This document shows positions 58,262-64,000 of a DNA stretch of 64,000 nucleotides, piece by piece (within the stretch, counting starts at the first letter, position 1; the number at the start of each line of letters is the position of its first letter). Source of the stretch: Roseibium sp. GTDB lineage: Bacteria > Pseudomonadota > Alphaproteobacteria > Rhizobiales > Stappiaceae. The stretch spans positions 6,180 to 70,179 of the forward strand of contig NZ_JBLXFW010000007.1 in assembly GCF_048261595.1 (NCBI RefSeq). Direction: 5' to 3'. The notes beneath the pieces are model-generated. The model saw only the letters and a program-made list of their open reading frames with translations. It was not told where the DNA came from and made no database searches. The translations under genes and the position numbers were made by a program.

Positions 58262-58711
58262 ATGATCGGGAATGACTTCAGGACTGAAGATCAGGATGCG
58301 GACGATTTTAGCGTCTGCATGCTGTTCAACGTGCGCAAGGCCGCGCGGGCGATCAGCCGTCGCTATGACCGGTATGTCACCCATTTCGGCCTCAAGGCCG
58401 CTCAGTTCTCGGTCATGGTCCTGGTGCGGGAACATGATGGCAAGACCGTCTCGGAAATGGCCGAAACGGTCTGCATGGAGCGCACGACTCTTCTGCGCAA
58501 TCTTTCCGGTCTCGAGCGCAAGGGCCTGGTGACCACCCGCAAGGCAGAGAGCGGCAAGGCGCGGCTCTATGAGCTGACCCCTTCCGGCTCATCAATGCTT
58601 GACGAGGCGCTACCGTTCTGGCGTCAGGCCCAGGCGGAACTGGCCCGCGAAATCGGGGCGGACAATTTCAGTGAAACAGTGAAGGCACTGAAGGTGCTGG
58701 CGACGCTCTAA
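58262..58711 (+). CDS. MarR-family transcriptional regulator
   Basis: FNVRKAARAISRRYD, MERTTLLRNLSGLERKGLV, YELTPSG. Confidence 0.9.
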   Translation: MIGNDFRTEDQDADDFSVCMLFNVRKAARAISRRYDRYVTHFGLKAAQFSVMVLVREHDGKTVSEMAETVCMERTTLLRNLSGLERKGLVTTRKAESGKARLYELTPSGSSMLDEALPFWRQAQAELAREIGADNFSETVKALKVLATL

Positions 58712-58751
58712 CAAACGCTGCCGGTGACATGCAACACTTCGCACAATGAAA

Positions 58752-58765
58752 AGTGCAATTACACA
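58752..58765 (+). promoter_or_regulatory. Operator copy 2, upstream of fabF
   Basis: AGTGCAATTACACA, the exact reverse complement of 58234-58247. Confidence 0.65.
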
Positions 58766-58792
58766 ATAGTGATTGGATAAGGATCAAGGCAG

Positions 58793-60055
58793 ATGACAAA
58801 CGTGGTTGTGACAGGGCTTGGAGTCGTTTCTCCACTGGGTGTCGGGGTCGAGGCCTTCTGGCGCAAGGTCGTGGCCGGGGCGAACGGTATTCGCCGGATT
58901 ACGCATTTCGACAGCGAGCAGCTCGCCTGCAAGGTTGCCGGCGAGGTTCCAACGATTTCCGAAGATCCTGAAGGGTTCGACGTCGATCGCTACCTTGAGC
59001 CGCGCGAACAAAAGCGCATGGACCGCTTCATCCACTTTGCCATCGCCGCTGCCGACGAAGCGCTCGCCCAGGCCGGGTGGTCGCCCAAGTCGAGTGACGA
59101 GAAAGAGCGTTCAGGCACCATCATCGGGACGGGGGTTGGTGGGTTTCCGGCGATGACAGCGGGCACCAGGCTTGTTGCCGAGCGCGGTCCGCGCCGGGTT
59201 TCGCCGTTTCTGGTTCCCTCGTTTCTGGCCAATCTGGCCAGCGGGCAGGTGTCCATTCGCCATGGCCTGAAGGGGCCGCTAGGCGCCCCCGTTACGGCCT
59301 GTGCTGCAAGTCTGCAGGCCATCGGAGACGCGGTGCGCCTGATCCGGAACGGCGAGGCTGACCTCATGGTGGCTGGTGGGGCGGAGGCCTGTCTCGATCC
59401 GGTATCATTGGCCGGTTTTTCCGCCGCCAAGGCCATGTCGACCAAGCGGAATGATGATCCGGCGAGCGCCTCGCGGCCGTTCGATCAGGACCGGGACGGC
59501 TTCGTCATGGGTGAAGGGGCCGGCATTCTCGTTCTGGAGAGTGAGGCCCATGCCAAGGCCCGGGGCGCCGAGATATTGGCGGTCGTGTCGGGCTACGGAA
59601 CCTCGGGCGATGCCTATCACGTGACAGCTTCGTCGCCGGATGGGGAAGGGGGCCTGCGCGCCATGCGCGGGGCGCTGCGCATGGCCAATCTCGAACCCCG
59701 ACACATCGGCTATGTGAATGCCCATTCCACTTCGACGCCGGTTGGCGATGCAGCGGAAATCGCAGCACTCGATACCTTGTTCGAAGGGCGGGGAAAGGAT
59801 CTGGCGGTATCTTCTTCGAAGTCGATGTTCGGTCATCTGCTGGGGGCAGCGGGAGCGGTCGAGGCCATTGCCTGCGTGAAGGCGCTGACCAGCGGCTTGC
59901 TGCCGCCATCCCGAAATCTGGACACGCCGGACGAGGCGATCTCTCGCTTCGAGCTGATCCCCGGCAAGGCCATTGAGCGCTCTGTCGATCACATTCTGAC
60001 CAATGGCTTCGGTTTTGGCGGGGTGAATGCCAGCGCAGTCTTTTCGCGCAGCTAG
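58793..60055 (+). CDS. fabF: Beta-ketoacyl-ACP synthase II
   Basis: VVVTGLG, TACAAS (catalytic Cys), NAHSTST and GHLLGAAG (catalytic His pair), NGFGFGG. Confidence 0.92.
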   Translation: MTNVVVTGLGVVSPLGVGVEAFWRKVVAGANGIRRITHFDSEQLACKVAGEVPTISEDPEGFDVDRYLEPREQKRMDRFIHFAIAAADEALAQAGWSPKSSDEKERSGTIIGTGVGGFPAMTAGTRLVAERGPRRVSPFLVPSFLANLASGQVSIRHGLKGPLGAPVTACAASLQAIGDAVRLIRNGEADLMVAGGAEACLDPVSLAGFSAAKAMSTKRNDDPASASRPFDQDRDGFVMGEGAGILVLESEAHAKARGAEILAVVSGYGTSGDAYHVTASSPDGEGGLRAMRGALRMANLEPRHIGYVNAHSTSTPVGDAAEIAALDTLFEGRGKDLAVSSSKSMFGHLLGAAGAVEAIACVKALTSGLLPPSRNLDTPDEAISRFELIPGKAIERSVDHILTNGFGFGGVNASAVFSRS

Positions 60056-60118
60056 ATGCCGGTTGCGCCGCGTCCGCGCGGCGTCCATCGCGAGGGTGAA
60101 AGAAACTGCCGCAGGGTT

Positions 60119-60144
60119 GGAACCGAAGTGCCATGCACGCGGTT
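60119..60144 (+). promoter_or_regulatory. Probable general-stress (EcfG/sigmaT) promoter
   Basis: GGAAC-N17-GGTT, about 50 bp upstream of the ferritin-like gene. Confidence 0.5.
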
Positions 60145-60193
60145 GATGTGAGGTCAGATGCGCGCCAAGCGTGCCATGAAAGGAGCGGTTACG

Positions 60194-60682
60194 ATGTCTA
60201 TTTCCAATCTGTCTGAACTTTTCGAGCACACCCTTCAGGACGTGTACTTCGCTGAAAATCACATCAACAAGAACCTGCCGACCATGATCGAAAAGAGCTC
60301 GAGCACGGCGCTCAAGTCGCTTTTCAAGGATCATCACGCGGAAACCAAGACGCAGATCGAACGCCTCAAGAAGGTGTTCGAAGTCATCGGCAAGAAGCCT
60401 TCGGGCGAAGAATGTCCGGCGATCGAGGGCATTGTGAAGGAAGCCGAGGAACTCATCGAGGAAATCGATGACAAGGAAACCCTTGATGCGGCGCTGATCG
60501 CTGCTGCTCAGGCCGTCGAGCACTACGAGATCACGCGCTATGGCACACTCCTGACCTGGGCGAAGCTGCTCGGTCATGATGATGCCATCAGTCTTCTGCG
60601 TGACAACATGGAAGAGGAAAAGAGCGCGGACGCCAAGCTGTCCCGGCTTGCCGAAGACAAGTTGAACAAGAAGGCAGCCTGA
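60194..60682 (+). CDS. Ferritin-like DUF892/YciF-family protein
   Basis: LQDVYFAE, H..ET..QIERL..VF, CPAIEGIVKE, AQAVEHYEITRYGTL, EE..AD.KL; RBS AGGAG. Confidence 0.9.
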   Translation: MSISNLSELFEHTLQDVYFAENHINKNLPTMIEKSSSTALKSLFKDHHAETKTQIERLKKVFEVIGKKPSGEECPAIEGIVKEAEELIEEIDDKETLDAALIAAAQAVEHYEITRYGTLLTWAKLLGHDDAISLLRDNMEEEKSADAKLSRLAEDKLNKKAA

Positions 60683-60719
60683 ACGGCCTTTCTTGCTATG
60701 GATCTCCGATCTTGAGTAT

Positions 60720-60746
60720 GGCCCCGCTTCACGGCGGGGCCGTTTT
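60720..60746 (+). terminator. Intrinsic terminator
   Basis: GGCCCCGC-N6-GCGGGGCC followed by GTTTT. Confidence 0.65.
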
Positions 60747-60774
60747 CATTCGTGCCTTCGAATGAGTCTTTTCA

Positions 60775-60810
60775 AAATCTCATAAATGAGATTTAGTATC
60801 ATTTATGAGA
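60775..60810. promoter_or_regulatory. Nested inverted repeats at the start of the XRE gene (probable auto-operator)
   Basis: AAATCTCAT-AA-ATGAGATTT; also TCTCATAAATGA (60778-60789) and TCATTTATGAGA (60799-60810) are reverse complements. Confidence 0.55.
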
Positions 60811-61383
60811 ATCAATGAAAGCGACACCAACTATCTCGACAGGCGGCTGGCGGAACGGCTGGCAACGTTGCGCAAGGATCAGGGCTGGACGCTCGACGAT
60901 GCCGCTGAACGATCAGGTGTCAGCCGTGCCAGCCTGTCACGGATTGAACGCGGCGAAATCAGCCCGACAGCAAGTGTTCTGGGCCGCCTGTGCAAAGCCT
61001 TCAAGGTCCCGATGGCGGTGCTCTTCTCGGCAAGCGAGGATCGCGGATTGGATCTGGTACCAGCCTCTGAACAATCGGTGTGGACGGATCCGCATTCGGG
61101 CTTTCGCCGGCGCAGTCTTTCTCCTGCTCGCCCGGGCTACAAGGGCGCGGTTATCCTGGGAGAGCTGCCTGCGGGGGCAACCATCTCCTATCCGGATACG
61201 CCGATCCCGGAGCTTGAGCACCATCTCTGGCTGCAATCGGGCGCATTGGAAATGCGGATAGGATCCCTTGTTCATCGCCTGTCCGCCGGGGACTGCCTTC
61301 GTTTCAAACTGACGGAAGGCAACAGTTATTTTGCGCCCGGCCCGGAAACCGCGCGCTATGTTCTGACGGTAATTTCACCATGA
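60805..61383 (+). CDS. XRE-family regulator with a C-terminal cupin
   Basis: WTLDDAAERSGVSRASLSRIERGEISPT HTH; LSAGDCLRF cupin. Confidence 0.9.
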   Translation: MRINESDTNYLDRRLAERLATLRKDQGWTLDDAAERSGVSRASLSRIERGEISPTASVLGRLCKAFKVPMAVLFSASEDRGLDLVPASEQSVWTDPHSGFRRRSLSPARPGYKGAVILGELPAGATISYPDTPIPELEHHLWLQSGALEMRIGSLVHRLSAGDCLRFKLTEGNSYFAPGPETARYVLTVISP

Positions 61384-61916
61384 CCCATGCTTTTGAAGCC
61401 GCCGCGCCGATAGAACTCCTGACCGCTGATGCTGCCCGCGCAGGCCTTGCCGATCTTGGCGATGTGCTTCGCGCCTGTGTTGAGGGCGGGGGCGGTGTCG
61501 GGTTTGTCCTGCCGTTTTCACAAGCAGAGGCGGAGACCTTCTGGGCATCGAAGCTGGAAGGGGTCGAAAGGCATGAGCGTTATCTCCTGGTGGCGCGCCT
61601 CGACGGGCGCATCGTCGCCACGGTGATGCTCGAGCTCGCCCAGCAACCCAACGGTCTGCACCGGGCAGAAGTCGCCAAGCTGATGGTCCACCCGGATGCA
61701 AGAGGCCGCGGATTGTCGAGAAAGCTGCTGGAGGCATTGGAAGCGCTGGCTCGCTCGCTCGGACGTTCTCTTTTGGTGCTCGACACATCCACCGGAGAAC
61801 TCGCCGAAACAATCTATCCCAGATGCGGCTACGAGAAGGTGGGGGTGATCCCCGGCTACGCCCTTTTCCCGGACGGCCGAATGGGCGCCACGACAGTGTT
61901 CTGCAAGCAGCTTTGA
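61380..61916 (+). CDS. GNAT-family N-acetyltransferase
   Basis: GGGVGF, PNGLHRAEVAKLMVHPDARGRGLSRKLL, LLVLDT; ATGA overlap with the XRE gene. Confidence 0.9.
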   Translation: MTHAFEAAAPIELLTADAARAGLADLGDVLRACVEGGGGVGFVLPFSQAEAETFWASKLEGVERHERYLLVARLDGRIVATVMLELAQQPNGLHRAEVAKLMVHPDARGRGLSRKLLEALEALARSLGRSLLVLDTSTGELAETIYPRCGYEKVGVIPGYALFPDGRMGATTVFCKQL

Positions 61917-61970
61917 GGGACTGGTCTGTCGACCCTTCCCAAAATCGTGCTCTTCGGCTAAATCCGGCCC

Positions 61971-62795
61971 ATGACGAGAAACACAAATATCCGCGACGAG
62001 GCGCGCCAGATCGATGTGCGCCCGCCCGCCGTCATCCTGTGCGAGCCGCAGCTTGGCGAGAACATCGGTACCGCTGCCCGTGCCATGGCGAATTTCGGCC
62101 TGACGGATCTTCGAATCGTCAATCCGCGCGACGGCTGGCCGAGCGAAAAGGCGCGTGCCGCCGCCAGCCGGGCCGATCATGTGATCGACAAGGTGCAGGT
62201 TTTCGACAGCGTTGAAGCAGCAATCGCGGATCTGACATTCGTTTTCGCGACGACCGCCCGGTCCCGCGAAGTGCCCAAGCCGGTGCGTGGGCCGGACGAG
62301 GCCGCCGAACGTGTTGTTGGTCTTGGCGCTTCCGGCCAGGCGACAGGCTACCTGTTCGGCCGCGAACGCTGGGGTCTCAACAACGACGAAGTGGCACTGG
62401 CCGACGAGATCGTGACCCTGCCGGTGGATCCTGATTTCGCCTCGCTGAACATCGCCCAGGCGGTGCTCGTCTGCGCCTATGAATGGCGCAAGATCGCGAC
62501 CAAGGGCGCATTGCCATTCCGCCTGTCCGAAGACGAGAACCCGCCGGCCTCCAAGGATGACGTCATGCGCTTCTTCGAGCATATCGAAGGCGCGCTGGAC
62601 AACGTCACGTTCTTTCGCCCGCCGGAGCGCCGCCCGCACATGGTGCGGACCCTGCGCAACATCTTCCAGAAGGCAAACCTGACGGACCAGGAAGTGCGTG
62701 CCCTGCGCGGCGTCGTTGCCGCCCTGGAAAAACGCCGGACTCGGCCGCGGCCCGATCAGGACACGGCTTCGGGCGATATCGAAAGCGACGCATGA
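61971..62795 (+). CDS. trmJ: TrmJ/LasT-family SPOUT RNA methyltransferase
   Basis: [39 protein letters not shown]. Confidence 0.88.
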   Translation: MTRNTNIRDEARQIDVRPPAVILCEPQLGENIGTAARAMANFGLTDLRIVNPRDGWPSEKARAAASRADHVIDKVQVFDSVEAAIADLTFVFATTARSREVPKPVRGPDEAAERVVGLGASGQATGYLFGRERWGLNNDEVALADEIVTLPVDPDFASLNIAQAVLVCAYEWRKIATKGALPFRLSEDENPPASKDDVMRFFEHIEGALDNVTFFRPPERRPHMVRTLRNIFQKANLTDQEVRALRGVVAALEKRRTRPRPDQDTASGDIESDA

Positions 62796-62796
62796 G

Positions 62797-63609
62797 ATGA
62801 GTGACCGCCGTCCTATCCTGATCCTAGATTCCGGGGTCGGCGGCCTCACCGTCCTGCGCGAGGTGCGCTTCAAGCTTCCCTTCGAACGCCTTGTCTATGT
62901 GATTGACGATGCCGGTTTTCCCTACGGGAATTGGGAGGAAGAGCCTTTGAAGCAAAGGCTCGTCGATCTCGTCGGCGCGTTTATCGAAAGGCACGATCCA
63001 AAGGCGATCCTGATTGCCTGCAACACAGCCTTCACCCTGGCCGGGGAAGCTCTGCGTTCCGCGTTTCCGGACCGTACGTTCGTGGGCACAGTGCCTGCGA
63101 TCAAGCCTGCGGCGGCGCGAACCCGGTCTGGCCTGATCTCCGTTCTGGCAACGCCGGGCACCGTTCAGCGGGCCTATACGCGGGACCTGATCGCCGCCCA
63201 CGCGCGTGACTGTCATGTGCGCCTGGTCGGATCCGACCAGCTTGCCGAAATGACTGAGGCGCATCTGCGCGGCGACAATCTTGACGACACGGATCTGCTG
63301 AGGGAAATCGGCGGCTGTTTCCTGGAAGAGGGCGGGCGCAGGACCGACATCGTGGTCCTTGCCTGCACCCATTATCCCTTTTTGGCCAACCGGTTCCGGG
63401 AGGTTGCGCCATGGCCGGTCGACTGGCTCGATCCGGCGGAGGCGATTGCCCGGCAGCTGGCGCGGGTGACGCAGCAACGCGCGGAAATCCGAGATGCTTC
63501 CGCAAAGGGAGAGAGCCGTCCCGACCGTGCTATCCTGACGTCCGGGTGTTGTGCGCCCGTGACCGAGAGGCTTCTAAATGGCTTTGGATTGGCTGTTTGC
63601 GCCGATTGA
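62797..63609 (+). CDS. murI: Glutamate racemase
   Basis: [33 protein letters not shown]. Confidence 0.95.
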   Translation: MSDRRPILILDSGVGGLTVLREVRFKLPFERLVYVIDDAGFPYGNWEEEPLKQRLVDLVGAFIERHDPKAILIACNTAFTLAGEALRSAFPDRTFVGTVPAIKPAAARTRSGLISVLATPGTVQRAYTRDLIAAHARDCHVRLVGSDQLAEMTEAHLRGDNLDDTDLLREIGGCFLEEGGRRTDIVVLACTHYPFLANRFREVAPWPVDWLDPAEAIARQLARVTQQRAEIRDASAKGESRPDRAILTSGCCAPVTERLLNGFGLAVCAD

Positions 63610-63647
63610 CTGGCCATGACTTGGCGGGCGTTAGCCCTTGCACGCAA

Positions 63648-63998
63648 TCAGCCCGAGATCGTCTTGACCGCGATGCCGTCGTCGGAGCGTTTGGCCGCCC
63701 GCTTCAATTCAGCAATCTCGGCGGTTACCTGGTCCGGAGCCAGAGCCACGTTCGATTCGAGCGTCATCATCGAGATCGAGCAGTCCAGCAATGAGAAGAG
63801 ACGGGGCGAGCCGAAACGGTCGGCCGCTTCGATGTAGCCGCACTCGCGATGTTCGGCGCTGTAGAAGCTTTCCACGTCGGACTTGAATGCGCGCTTCAGG
63901 CTCAGGAGTTGGGTGGCGATTTCCGTCTGGTCGCCGTTCATGAACCCGGCAAAGAAGTCATCGCCGCCAATGTGACCACGGAAGGTTGTTGTTCCGGT
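63648..63998 (-). CDS. 3' end of a GGDEF-variant (GHIGGDDF) signalling protein (partial)
   Basis: The frame is open from the window end and reads TTFRGHIGGDDFFAGFMNG...FSLLDCSISM, a pattern seen at the C-terminus of EAL/GGDEF proteins. Confidence 0.65.
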   Translation of the reverse strand, partial: TGTTTFRGHIGGDDFFAGFMNGDQTEIATQLLSLKRAFKSDVESFYSAEHRECGYIEAADRFGSPRLFSLLDCSISMMTLESNVALAPDQVTAEIAELKRAAKRSDDGIAVKTISG

Positions 63999-64000
63999 CA

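Overview
A 64 kb GC-rich alphaproteobacterial chromosome segment (Hyphomicrobiales). Gene content and order suggest a Stappia/Roseibium/Pannonibacter-like organism, which is an inference. Positions 1-22 kb hold fliX (partial), dksA and a Caulobacter-type flagellar cluster (flgFGAH, fliLM, an unknown gene, motE-like, a giant TPR gene, fliOP, flgBC-fliEQR-flhB) ending in cckA, with readable CtrA, sigma54 and ftr-like sites. Positions 22-35 kb hold a methyltransferase divergent from an iron-type ABC transporter with RirA-like boxes, an autotransporter flanked by a lipoprotein gene and a decayed copy of it, and an uncharacterised three-gene operon with a TelA-like member. Positions 35-45 kb are core genes: psuG, a PfkB kinase, recA with two LexA boxes, alaS, a degenerate GGDEF protein, a cNMP-gated K+ channel and dimeric icd. 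Positions 45.4-62 kb are accessory: a REP/REPIN cluster with a 234-bp tandem duplication, a ~410-nt densely base-paired candidate ncRNA with a possible pseudoknot (the top finding), several regulator/target modules whose operators can be read from the sequence, a LuxR-solo/VWA module, a second (monomeric) isocitrate dehydrogenase and a MarR-fabF pair. The window ends with trmJ, murI and a partial GGDEF-type gene. No rRNA, tRNA, CRISPR array, transposase or integrase was seen. All calls come from reading the sequence by eye; no searches or folding programs were run.
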